A stretch of 45,472 nt of DNA from a virus (IMGVR_UViG_3300027985_000858:1-45472); one strand, 5' to 3'; positions 30,119-38,167 are shown, counted from the first letter of the stretch. Notes: a model not told the origin generated them from the letters alone. Made by a program: numbers and translations.

Positions 30119-30649
30119 TCAGTAATTTAATGTTACTTGCATATATGCCCAATCATCACCTTTAAGGTAAATAAAAGAGTCATCATTTGCATAATTAAGA
30201 GTAAATTCACCTAAATTACAAACATGTTTTTTTAAAGTATAAATATCTATAGGATATTTAGAACATTTTAATATTTCTGATTCAGCTTTATATCTTGTAT
30301 CAAAAACAAATTTTTCAGATGAATGTTTAGTAGATTCTCTATTAAGAATAGAATTGAAATCAGGAAAATTTTCCAGCTTAGTATTTACAGGAATTAGAAA
30401 ATAATTTTTCCCTACATTGGTTATAGTAAAATATTTAAATGAATCAGAAAGTTTATTAGTAGACAATTTAAAATAAAGTAATTTCCTACCATCTGTAATC
30501 CCTAATGTGTTCTCATTAGGATTGTACCTAACTAAGTTCTTATACTTTGAGCAGTAATAAATAGAAAGAAATTGATCTCCTATCATCGATTTTAAAGCTT
30601 TACCAATTTTAGCATCTATTTGAAATGCTTCTCCAATATTACTAATCAT
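30119..30649 (-). CDS. Truncated DNA polymerase III beta-clamp-like protein
   Basis: TDGRKL and FPDF..IL echo the beta-clamp ATDGHRL and FPDY..VIP motifs; C-terminal strand pattern is similar. Confidence 0.45.
   Translation of the reverse strand: MISNIGEAFQIDAKIGKALKSMIGDQFLSIYYCSKYKNLVRYNPNENTLGITDGRKLLYFKLSTNKLSDSFKYFTITNVGKNYFLIPVNTKLENFPDFNSILNRESTKHSSEKFVFDTRYKAESEILKCSKYPIDIYTLKKHVCNLGEFTLNYANDDSFIYLKGDDWAYMQVTLNY
30363..30379. repeat. Dispersed palindrome copy
   Basis: GGAAAATTTTCCAGCTT within CDS (KLENFPD). Confidence 0.7.
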
Positions 30650-30650
30650 T

Positions 30651-30824
30651 TTAAAATAACTCCTTTATGTAAATTTCACATTTACCATTATAGTCATCGT
30701 AGTCTAAAAGAATTTCTCCAGCTTCATATGAATCTGTAGCTATTTTTAAAGCATCTTCTTTTGAGTTAGCTTCAACCTCTATTGTTCTTGATAATTCTTC
30801 TGTAATACATATATTAAATTTCAT
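30651..30824 (-). CDS. DpnD/PcfM-like protein, 57 aa (not in the ORF track)
   Basis: Hand translation MKFNICITEELSRTIEVEANSKEDALKIATDSYEAGEILLDYDDY...; RBS AAGGA. Confidence 0.8.
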   Translation of the reverse strand: MKFNICITEELSRTIEVEANSKEDALKIATDSYEAGEILLDYDDYNGKCEIYIKELF

Positions 30825-31027
30825 ATTAATTTCCTTATACTTTATTGGTGTGAGGGCATAACTGTCCTAAAGGCGGTTATGCCCATCAATGATACTCTAC
30901 CGGAGCCATCGGGCAGTGAACCTCATTTTTGACAGGGAATAATTCACACTAACCCTTGGCTGTTTCAGTCTGCCCCATAGTAGCCACTTAATTCTTTTAC
31001 CCCTACCGTTACGATATCCCGACAGAT

Positions 31028-31122
31028 AAAAAAAAGGGAGTTTAGCAATGCACTTACCGACCACCACAGCCAATCAAAGCCACAAGGAAAGCTTTGAAAA
31101 GTAAGTACATAACTAAACTCCC
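31028..31122 (-). ncRNA. Structured small RNA, C4/CI-like antisense RNA candidate, ending in a U-tract
   Basis: GGGAGTTTAG...CTAAACTCCC outer stem with G-U pairs on the - strand, inner TCAAAGC/GCTTTGA hairpin, T8 tail; single-stranded parts complementary to flanking sites. Confidence 0.7.
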
Positions 31123-31179
31123 TGGAATAATTATGTCATATCCTTGTTATTTTTATTGGCGGTTAACTCCAATACAGTA

Positions 31180-31208
31180 ACTATAAACAACAACTTTTAA
31201 TTTGTCTA
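31180..31208 (-). promoter_or_regulatory. Sigma70-type promoter driving the small-RNA locus
   Basis: TAGACA-N17-TATAGT. Confidence 0.7.
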
Positions 31209-31553
31209 TAAATCAAGAACATTATTAATTATGAATTTTTTAGCATCATTTTTAGAGAAAAAAATTTTATCAACTGAATCGCACAAGCTGAGTTCTTTGT
31301 TATCTTTTTTTTCTACATAAATTTCCGTTACCCTTCTTGAAGTAGTTTTATCTTCAAAAACACATTTAAATCTAGCTAACTTATGCTTATTTACAAAAGA
31401 AACAGAAACTAATTCTACAGGCATTATTGTGTTAGTTGTTGAATTTACTTTGTAATAGGTTTTTTCTACATCAAAACCCTCTTCCATAAAAATCGTTCCT
31501 ATATCTAAGAACCTATCGAAATCTTTTATTGCTTCGTTTAACGTCGTTACCAT
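31206..31553 (-). CDS. Hypothetical protein
   Basis: Overlapping ORF in the early operon. Confidence 0.7.
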   Translation of the reverse strand: MVTTLNEAIKDFDRFLDIGTIFMEEGFDVEKTYYKVNSTTNTIMPVELVSVSFVNKHKLARFKCVFEDKTTSRRVTEIYVEKKDNKELSLCDSVDKIFFSKNDAKKFIINNVLDL

Positions 31554-31972
31554 GATGAATTCTCCATTACATATTTACAACACTCTTTAACCCAGCCCTG
31601 TTGAACCGCGGTTAAATCCTCTATAAACGATACACCTATAGCAGCCTCTAAAGCATCTGTAGGATCACACGTTACACAATATTCATGGTTATTTAATTCA
31701 TATTTAAGTGCATTCTTAAATCCATTCTCTGTAGAGATAAATTCTTTATCCCATTTGCAGAATAACTCTTGTAATTTTTGATATTTAGAAAGATTCTTTC
31801 TGAGTACAAACCCTCCATAACCAACATCTACTATTTTATTATCAGGGCCTATTTTATACTTTTCAATAGCAGCTTTCATTTGTTCATTGCCAAAGGCAAA
31901 AAATAGACCAGGGAAAGCAGACATAATTCTTTCTTTTTTTTTGCAAAATTCAGAATAACTTCTTTTTTTCAT
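31547..31972 (-). CDS. Conserved phage hypothetical protein
   Basis: FFAF.NEQ...GGF...YEL.NHEY..T.D pattern recognisable from phage proteins. Confidence 0.75.
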   Translation of the reverse strand: MKKRSYSEFCKKKERIMSAFPGLFFAFGNEQMKAAIEKYKIGPDNKIVDVGYGGFVLRKNLSKYQKLQELFCKWDKEFISTENGFKNALKYELNNHEYCVTCDPTDALEAAIGVSFIEDLTAVQQGWVKECCKYVMENSSW

Positions 31973-32505
31973 CTTATTTTTCCTATACAGTAGCTTTTAA
32001 AAATACTTGGTTGTATATTTATATGACTATCATTTGGATCGGTAGCCATTTCGCCGTAAACATCTTCCAGCCTATAAATAGTGATCATACCAATTTCACG
32101 TTGATAATTATAATCAAATAATTTGCCATTAATTGTTATACATTCCCAGAAATCACATAAATCTTCTTCATGTACACAATCTGTATCTTTATAAAGTTTT
32201 TTACGCAATTCTTTTATGTCTAAGTATTTTTCTAAAAATCCTAAAAAATAAAGCTCTTTTTCTTCTTCTGTTTTTTTTGGAAAATTTTCCAACTTTTCAA
32301 CTGCATCCTCTTCAAGAGCTAAACACCTTAAAGCCATATGGTTTAAAATACCCTGGGAAAGTGTCATTGTACCTGATTTATCAGGCATACCAGATAACAT
32401 TAATTTTATGAATTCATAAACATTATCTGGAGTTCCAAATAATCCATTATACCCATGCTTTATAGCTGCTTTAGCTTTTTCAGGGTCAATACTAATCATT
32501 TCCAT
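31969..32505 (-). CDS. Hypothetical protein
   Basis: RBS GAGG; coupled ORF. Confidence 0.7.
   Translation of the reverse strand: MEMISIDPEKAKAAIKHGYNGLFGTPDNVYEFIKLMLSGMPDKSGTMTLSQGILNHMALRCLALEEDAVEKLENFPKKTEEEKELYFLGFLEKYLDIKELRKKLYKDTDCVHEEDLCDFWECITINGKLFDYNYQREIGMITIYRLEDVYGEMATDPNDSHINIQPSIFKSYCIGKIR
32277..32295. repeat. Dispersed palindrome copy
   Basis: TTGGAAAATTTTCCAACTT within CDS (KLENFPK). Confidence 0.8.
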
Positions 32506-32506
32506 T

Positions 32507-32743
32507 TTACACCTCTCTAACCGCGGTTACGGTAAAATCTAAATAATTCTCAGTCCATGGTAATTCTTCTCTTCTAGGGTCTAATTCAAAATGGAAGATA
32601 TAGAATTCTTCTGGATCTGTTAAACCCTCATGTTGAGTTGAAATTATGTAGTTCTCAAATTCTTCTTTAGTATCATTCCAGAACCCATCAATAGATAAAA
32701 GCATATTAATACTCCTGTCCGCCGCTATATTCGGCCATGTCAT
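32507..32743 (-). CDS. Hypothetical protein (start may be the internal MLLSID)
   Basis: ORF in the operon. Confidence 0.6.
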   Translation of the reverse strand: MTWPNIAADRSINMLLSIDGFWNDTKEEFENYIISTQHEGLTDPEEFYIFHFELDPRREELPWTENYLDFTVTAVREV

Positions 32744-32954
32744 CCCAATCTAAACTAGAATAAAAACTTTTAGTTTTTTTAGGAACCGCGGTTTCATCAA
32801 TAATCTTTGATAAATCTTCACCAAACCTTGCAGCACATTTTTCTTTGGCCCATTTTAAATAAGATGGGTCAACAGCTAAAACATCTTTTACTCTTCTGTG
32901 TTTATATTTACCGAAGAATAAATAATCTTCTTTACTTGTTAGAATCTGAGACAT
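32706..32954 (-). CDS. DUF3820 / exonuclease X C-terminal-like small protein
   Basis: FGKYK...V.DV...DPSYLKW. Confidence 0.7.
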   Translation of the reverse strand: MSQILTSKEDYLFFGKYKHRRVKDVLAVDPSYLKWAKEKCAARFGEDLSKIIDETAVPKKTKSFYSSLDWDDMAEYSGGQEY

Positions 32955-33129
32955 TTTTTGACTCCTTCAAAATATTTATTTCATCTTTAAAATAATACAT
33001 AAGACCTATCCAGCTAAACATTGAATCATCAAGGAGAACTCCATATCTAAAAGAATTATCAAAAACCTCATAATCTTTTATTGTACCAGGGCCATTAGGC
33101 GTTAACACTTTAGTTCCTAACTCTATCAT
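32932..33129 (-). CDS. Small SH3-like hypothetical protein
   Basis: G.KV.TP.G.GTI......YGV.LD. Confidence 0.65.
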   Translation of the reverse strand: MIELGTKVLTPNGPGTIKDYEVFDNSFRYGVLLDDSMFSWIGLMYYFKDEINILKESKNVSDSNK

Positions 33130-33305
33130 TTTTTTGACTCTTTCATTTCGCGGTAAAAATCTTTAGTGGCTCTTCTTGAAAGATAAGCATTTGAATAATC
33201 TCTAATTATTCTATATTCTTTGAGATTTATTTTAGCTTCTTTATAGGTATCAAAATAATCAATTGTTTCAACTTTGCCTTTTATAGAGCAATTTATGAAA
33301 ATCAT
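33126..33305 (-). CDS. Hypothetical protein, 59 aa (not in the ORF track)
   Basis: Hand translation MIFINCSIKGKVETIDYFDTYKEAKINLKEY...; RBS GGAGG; ATGA overlap with the next gene. Confidence 0.75.
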   Translation of the reverse strand: MIFINCSIKGKVETIDYFDTYKEAKINLKEYRIIRDYSNAYLSRRATKDFYREMKESKK

Positions 33306-33560
33306 TTAATAATCACCTCCTAACCTTAAAGGACACCAATCAGGAATATGCTGATAATCAATTTTTCTTTGATTAAAAACTAGTTCAGCTTGTTCCTTAG
33401 TTTTAATATCCATAAAACCATTAATACCTTTAATTTTTTCCCTAGGAGCATTTTGGTGACTGCAAATATTGATTGAACCGCCTTTTGTAAATGCTCCTGA
33501 ATGACTAGCATGTTTACAACCTCTGCAATTTTCAATTGTTTTAGTTACAGTTATCGTCAT
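33306..33560 (-). CDS. Cys-rich hypothetical protein
   Basis: CxxC...C...IPDWCPL. Confidence 0.7.
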   Translation of the reverse strand: MTITVTKTIENCRGCKHASHSGAFTKGGSINICSHQNAPREKIKGINGFMDIKTKEQAELVFNQRKIDYQHIPDWCPLRLGGDY

Positions 33561-33760
33561 TTATCAAGCCTCCATTCATTAAACCCTGTCTCAAAAGCTA
33601 TAGGATCATATCTTCTAATTAACCGCCCTAAAGTCTGATTTTGACAATTGCGGTTAAAAGAAAGCTGCCCACAATGGACAGCTAAATAATCGTAAAAATC
33701 TTCCCTTCCAACGGAAATTAAATTTAAATATTCTTCATACTCCTTTTTGCTTTTTGGCAT
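33557..33760 (-). CDS. Hypothetical protein
   Basis: R..DPIAF..GFNEW motif; coupled ORF. Confidence 0.7.
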   Translation of the reverse strand: MPKSKKEYEEYLNLISVGREDFYDYLAVHCGQLSFNRNCQNQTLGRLIRRYDPIAFETGFNEWRLDK

Positions 33761-33971
33761 CGTAATACCCCTTTATTGCGGTTTTTATAACATCCCATGT
33801 TATGCCTACTTCTGAGTCGTGTTTGTCCAGGATAATATCTCTTATTTCAAAATACTCTTCATCTTTAAAATATAAACCTAGTTCAAAGGCAGTATGCCTT
33901 ATGTCACACATACCCCAAACAGCACCAAAATACTGAGAATTGCCGTTAATTTGAATTAGTGGATTACTCAT
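33735..33971 (-). CDS. Hypothetical protein
   Basis: W...DI...HD...GITWD pattern; ATGA overlap. Confidence 0.7.
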   Translation of the reverse strand: MSNPLIQINGNSQYFGAVWGMCDIRHTAFELGLYFKDEEYFEIRDIILDKHDSEVGITWDVIKTAIKGYYDAKKQKGV

Positions 33972-34300
33972 TTTGATTCAGGTTTAAATTCAACGTGTTC
34001 AGCTATAATTTTTATCCTGGAATGATTTTTTCCATTATCATCATCCCATCTATCTTGTTTTAATCGACCAACAACCCTAACACCACGACTTTTTCTTAAA
34101 GTATTATTGCAAGATTCAGCCAATTTACCCCATGTTTCAATATCGAAATATGAAACCTCGTTTACATAATCATTGTTTTTTCTGTAGCTTCTATTTACAG
34201 CAATCGTAAAACAACAAACTGTAGAATCAGATGATATTGATTTAGTTTCTGGATCTTTAACCAGATTTCCCTCTAATAAAACACTATTTAATGAATTCAC
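33968..34300 (-). CDS. ssb: Single-stranded DNA-binding protein, spirochaete type, no acidic tail (GTG start at 34300)
   Basis: NSLNSVLLEGNLVKDP...EVSYFDIETWGKLAE...RGVRVVGRLKQDRW...IIAEHVEFKP; RBS AAGGAG before the GTG. Confidence 0.92.
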   Translation of the reverse strand: MNSLNSVLLEGNLVKDPETKSISSDSTVCCFTIAVNRSYRKNNDYVNEVSYFDIETWGKLAESCNNTLRKSRGVRVVGRLKQDRWDDDNGKNHSRIKIIAEHVEFKPESK

Positions 34301-34359
34301 TATAAATCTCCTTGTATTGGGGGTGGCCATAACGACCGTTGGTTATTTCCCCCTTTCAT

Positions 34360-34400
34360 ACCGCACCATGGAATCGAACCATGGCAGTACCATTTGCGGT
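34360..34400 (-). ncRNA. tRNA minihelix-like element (acceptor-like stem plus T-loop hairpin, no anticodon arm)
   Basis: ACCGCA-AATGGTACTG-CCATGG-TTCGATT-CCATGG-TGCGGT. Confidence 0.55.
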
Positions 34401-34591
34401 TAACCCACTGTCTGAATACTAGGATCAGTACAATCAACAACAATCATTACTTCGTCATTGATAATCGCAACATCATTAATCCTTACACGTGAATCACTTA
34501 GGGTTATACCTTTTTGCTTGAATAACTCCAAAATATCACTGATCTCTAAAAAAAGCTCATAACTTATTCTAGCCCTCTTTTTTAAAACCAT
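34400..34591 (-). CDS. Hypothetical protein
   Basis: RBS GGAGG. Confidence 0.7.
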   Translation of the reverse strand: MVLKKRARISYELFLEISDILELFKQKGITLSDSRVRINDVAIINDEVMIVVDCTDPSIQTVG

Positions 34592-34820
34592 TTTTTATGT
34601 CCTCCAATTTGACTTTAGATAAATCAAAAGAATTTATCGCTTTGTTATAAGACTCACATGATTTAAACGAAAAAAATAGAAAATCTCTTTCATAAGCAAA
34701 ATCTATTTCTAACCTAAAACAGTCCGTGTCATAATCAAATATTTTAGATAAAATTTCAATAATATCATTTACTGTAAACCAAACACTAGTTTTAGTTTCT
34801 TCTGTAATTTTAACATTCAT
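34569..34820 (-). CDS. Hypothetical protein
   Basis: RBS AAGGAGG. Confidence 0.7.
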   Translation of the reverse strand: MNVKITEETKTSVWFTVNDIIEILSKIFDYDTDCFRLEIDFAYERDFLFFSFKSCESYNKAINSFDLSKVKLEDIKNGFKKEG

Positions 34821-35025
34821 TTTTTTTACGCCTCCTTAATTCTTTTTTAAAACCAGCTATTATTTTTTTCTCAATTTCTGGCTCAGCACACTGTAAACCG
34901 CGGTAAGGACATCTATGGCAACTAATAGATAAACAACAAGGCAAAATTTTACAATGTTTCCATTTAATTAAAGAAACTTCTAATTCCGCCGTGGTTATCT
35001 TCCAGAATTTACTTTTACGCACCAT
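34810..35025 (-). CDS. Cys-rich hypothetical protein
   Basis: C....CC...C..CPY....C. Confidence 0.65.
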   Translation of the reverse strand: MVRKSKFWKITTAELEVSLIKWKHCKILPCCLSISCHRCPYRGLQCAEPEIEKKIIAGFKKELRRRKKNEC

Positions 35026-35299
35026 CTACATCCTTAAGTTTCAATTTATCCAGGATATAATATTCATCGTTAAGTTTTTCAACCGCATCCCAGGTAAACC
35101 TGGACATATCTCCTTTAAGTGCGGTTTGTATGTCTTTGATATACTTAACAACATACAAAGAGTTTTTAAGGAGATAGATGTTAAACTTTGTAGGACTTAT
35201 CTGATTTTCTTTTAACCAGATTAGAAGGTCTACTATACATTCAATTGGGTATTCCTCTTTAAGAAACTTGTAAAATTCTATATCAATCACGGTTTCCAT
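35015..35299 (-). CDS. Hypothetical protein
   Basis: ORF in the operon with RBS. Confidence 0.65.
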   Translation of the reverse strand: METVIDIEFYKFLKEEYPIECIVDLLIWLKENQISPTKFNIYLLKNSLYVVKYIKDIQTALKGDMSRFTWDAVEKLNDEYYILDKLKLKDVDGA

Positions 35300-35301
35300 A
35301 T

Positions 35302-35688
35302 TTAATCCTTAATAGACATAACCAAATTTAAAAGATCAACTCTTTGTGATTTAGCATTTGTAAGTTCTCTTTCAAGGTTGTTAATCTTTTTGTCTATTTT
35401 TTCTAAAGCTTTTTTTAATTCATTTGATTTAGACCAAATAGAATTATATAAACTTTTTAAACAAGATTTATCCTTAGAAAAAGACATAAAATCTTTAAAA
35501 AAATTACCAGATTTAGATTTATAAACTTTTACTACTTTATTTTTCCAAACTAAATTGCTGAAAGAAGTTTCACCAGAAAAAGAATAAGGTACAAGAAACA
35601 AATCTGATTTATGATTTAAAAGAATTCCGTAGCTATTATCATCAAGTTGCACAAGCATTCCGTTTTCATAGTTATTGTTAAAACTCAT
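35302..35688 (-). CDS. Hypothetical protein with C-terminal coiled coil
   Basis: ATGA overlap; RBS GAGG. Confidence 0.7.
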   Translation of the reverse strand: MSFNNNYENGMLVQLDDNSYGILLNHKSDLFLVPYSFSGETSFSNLVWKNKVVKVYKSKSGNFFKDFMSFSKDKSCLKSLYNSIWSKSNELKKALEKIDKKINNLERELTNAKSQRVDLLNLVMSIKD

Positions 35689-36092
35689 AGTATAACCTCA
35701 TGTCTAGAATAATTAGGATATGTTTTATCCAATTCCTCAATTGTTTCGATTAGTTTAGTAAAATCAACCCAATTTTGTGGGAAGGAAGAATCTAAACATT
35801 TTAAAAATTCTGTTAAATCAATAGATTCATCGTATAATGATGCTCCATGACCTTGCTTAATGCTTCCAGTAGTAATATATGCATTAGAAATGTAATAACC
35901 TCCACCAAAACTTTCTTGAACATATAAAACGCGGTTATTATGTTCGAACCAAAAGTAATTAACATCTTTAGTATGTTGCCATAAAGACACACAAACTTTG
36001 AAACCTCTTTTTAGACACTCAACTATTAATTCTTTACCGCCTCGAAATATTCTATAATCTCTTTCAATCGCGGTTAATTTTACTTTTACCAT
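35685..36092 (-). CDS. Hypothetical protein
   Basis: Coupled ORF. Confidence 0.7.
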   Translation of the reverse strand: MVKVKLTAIERDYRIFRGGKELIVECLKRGFKVCVSLWQHTKDVNYFWFEHNNRVLYVQESFGGGYYISNAYITTGSIKQGHGASLYDESIDLTEFLKCLDSSFPQNWVDFTKLIETIEELDKTYPNYSRHEVIL

Positions 36093-36685
36093 CCTCTTAC
36101 CTCTCCTTCATCTCTTATAGACGTATAATGAAATGAATTTCCTCTATACCCTATTATTATATGGTCTAGTAATGTTAAGTTTAATAATTCACAACCATTT
36201 AATAGTCTTTCAGTTAAATTTATATCTTCTGGACTTGGTTCAGTTTTACCACTAGGATGGTTATGTGCTAACATAAAAATATGAGTGCCTTTCTTAATTA
36301 AAGAATTAAAAATTATAATTGGATCTATTAAGCATTTATTATGCACTCCAATACTTAATAATTCTATATCAATAACTTTATGGGCAGTATTTAGATGTAG
36401 AAGAAACATTTGTTCTCTGTCTTTTATTAGTTCAATATGTTTAAGTGCATTTATAACATCATCAGGATTTTCAATAAAAGGAGAACCAGCATTATAACAT
36501 TTGTCTGCTAACCATAATAGAATTTTTTTATCAATATTATCATAATAGTCATAAGATTTTTCTTTTAAAATATCCAATACTACACTTTCATTATTTTTTA
36601 TCATTTGTTCGAGATTATTAGCAGCAACATCCTCTCCGTGACTTCTTAATAAAAACATAGCTTCTGAAATAACTTTTAAATCCAT
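36086..36685 (-). CDS. radC: RadC-like JAB/MPN domain protein (start reassigned to ATG 36685)
   Basis: E...L.LN, HNHPSG..EPS.EDI.LT, LLDHIIIG; RBS GAGG before MDLKV. Confidence 0.9.
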   Translation of the reverse strand: MDLKVISEAMFLLRSHGEDVAANNLEQMIKNNESVVLDILKEKSYDYYDNIDKKILLWLADKCYNAGSPFIENPDDVINALKHIELIKDREQMFLLHLNTAHKVIDIELLSIGVHNKCLIDPIIIFNSLIKKGTHIFMLAHNHPSGKTEPSPEDINLTERLLNGCELLNLTLLDHIIIGYRGNSFHYTSIRDEGEVRGW

Positions 36686-36726
36686 AATATCCTCAATATC
36701 CTTATTCGCCGTGATTATCTTCCATA

Positions 36727-36745
36727 AAGTTGGAAAATTTTCCAA
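36727..36745. promoter_or_regulatory. Dispersed palindrome copy upstream of radC, flanked by 14-bp direct repeats
   Basis: AAGTTGGAAAATTTTCCAA between two CGCCGTGATTATCT (36707-36720 and 36752-36765). Confidence 0.8.
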
Positions 36746-36834
36746 TTATTCCGCCGTGATTATCTATTATGAATTCATTGGCGGAGCCTAATATTTCTAT
36801 GAATAACCGTTTAAAACTGTATTCTCCAGGGTAT

Positions 36835-36859
36835 AATAAAACCGCTATTTCTAGCGGTT
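36835..36859 (-). terminator. Intrinsic terminator after the first two early genes
   Basis: - strand AACCGCTA-GAAA-TAGCGGTT followed by TTATT. Confidence 0.7.
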
Positions 36860-36870
36860 CATTTTGTTTT

Positions 36871-37377
36871 TTACTTTAAGGCAGAGTGCAAAGCAAGGCT
36901 TTGGTACTCTATAAAATCATCGTCTCCTATGGTGATTTTATAGTTTGGTAGTCTCTCGCAAACTATATTTTCTTTTCTTGGAGCTTCTGGAAGTGTTCCA
37001 GTTTCTTTAAAAGTTTGCAGTTCCCTTTCTGTTAATGTACTTTCAAGGTATTTTAAACTGTTGCGGTAGGTTTTAACTTTTGAAACATAGTTATAACCAA
37101 ATTCTCTTGCCTCTGCAACCATACCAGCAAAATCTTCCTTTCTATATTCTGCGGTTGGATAGCAATAATCTTTATTTGTCATAATAATTCTGTTACGCTC
37201 TCCTAGTGTTAAGACTTTAAAAAGCTTAACCGCTTTTGGAGTTCGACCATTAAAGATTACATCTTTTCTGATTACTTGGTCATCGCACTTTAAGACTACA
37301 ATTTTTAAACCATTGTCTACTAAAGACAATGTATAATTTTCAAACTTAAGGTTTTTTTTCTCTAGTAGTTTTATCAT
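36871..37377 (-). CDS. Hypothetical early protein
   Basis: 168-aa ORF. Confidence 0.75.
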   Translation of the reverse strand: MIKLLEKKNLKFENYTLSLVDNGLKIVVLKCDDQVIRKDVIFNGRTPKAVKLFKVLTLGERNRIIMTNKDYCYPTAEYRKEDFAGMVAEAREFGYNYVSKVKTYRNSLKYLESTLTERELQTFKETGTLPEAPRKENIVCERLPNYKITIGDDDFIEYQSLALHSALK

Positions 37378-37378
37378 T

Positions 37379-37813
37379 TTATGCCATCCCTAGCATGTGT
37401 TTATTTGGCAGAAATTCTGCATTTGCTTCTATCATATTCCGAAAATTTAAATAGTCACTTAAACTTTTAAATTCTCCAGCACGGTATTTTTTACCATTTG
37501 ATTCATAAGCGTTAATCGTGGTTGTTGCTATAACTCTTAATTGCTTTAATGCTTCATCTTTAGTTGTTATTATTTCGTGGCAATAACATTCTAATAATTG
37601 TAAATCAGATTGACCCTCTAAAATTCTTTCTGCGATTATAACCTCGCTTCTCCAGTTGTTAAGGAATTTAAAGAAAACTTTTTTTGATTCCTCTGTTTCA
37701 AGTTCCTTATAGTTGTTCCATGCTGTTTGTAATTCGTTATACAATTTTGAATAGAATTCCTCTGTTGTCTTGCAACCTCTTAATACTGCATTTGATTTGT
37801 TTACTAAAGCCAT
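37379..37813 (-). CDS. Hypothetical early protein
   Basis: 144-aa ORF, RBS AAGGA. Confidence 0.75.
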   Translation of the reverse strand: MALVNKSNAVLRGCKTTEEFYSKLYNELQTAWNNYKELETEESKKVFFKFLNNWRSEVIIAERILEGQSDLQLLECYCHEIITTKDEALKQLRVIATTTINAYESNGKKYRAGEFKSLSDYLNFRNMIEANAEFLPNKHMLGMA

Positions 37814-38167
37814 TTCGTTTAATCCTTTGTTTCCAAGATGGAAACCATTTAATTTAATTCCTACTAGGTAGGATTTATATAAATATCCTTTCGGTTACTT
37901 ATATATATATTCTATCAAATAGATACTATTTAGTATAGTAACTAGATAGATTATATCGTAAATAGTTTAAATATTTTCAATTAATCTACTTAACTAATTA
38001 CTATACATTATTGATAATCGTTCTTAATAATTTACAAAGGCGGTTTATATATTTCCACCTTTACTACTACATAAAAAACCCTCAATTTAATTTAAAGATA
38101 ATATGTTTATTTATATGGGTTTTTTATCAGCCTTTTTCTGTAAGAAAATTGCTAATATCGCTGTATT

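Noticed and set aside
29949-30152. 67-aa ORF
   Set aside because: Overlaps the upstream gene, has no clear RBS and has low-complexity composition; I cannot support it, though a small membrane peptide is not excluded.
34360-34400. Functional tRNA gene
   Set aside because: No anticodon arm, no paired D-stem and no CCA; only 41 nt.
10932-35125. Pasteurellaceae uptake sequence AAGTGCGGT as a host indicator
   Set aside because: Only three full 9-mers seen (10932, 26798, 35117); the enrichment is of the shorter GCGGT core with variable upstream bases.
18308-36497. Short + strand ORFs inside the - strand arm, and the alternate-frame ORFs 21801-22061 and 27213-27404
   Set aside because: They overlap well-supported genes and lack RBS or family motifs.
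36686-36745. N-terminal extension MENFPT... of RadC from the ORF track
   Set aside because: The TTG start lies within the palindrome and has only a weak RBS; ATG 36685 has a GAGG RBS.
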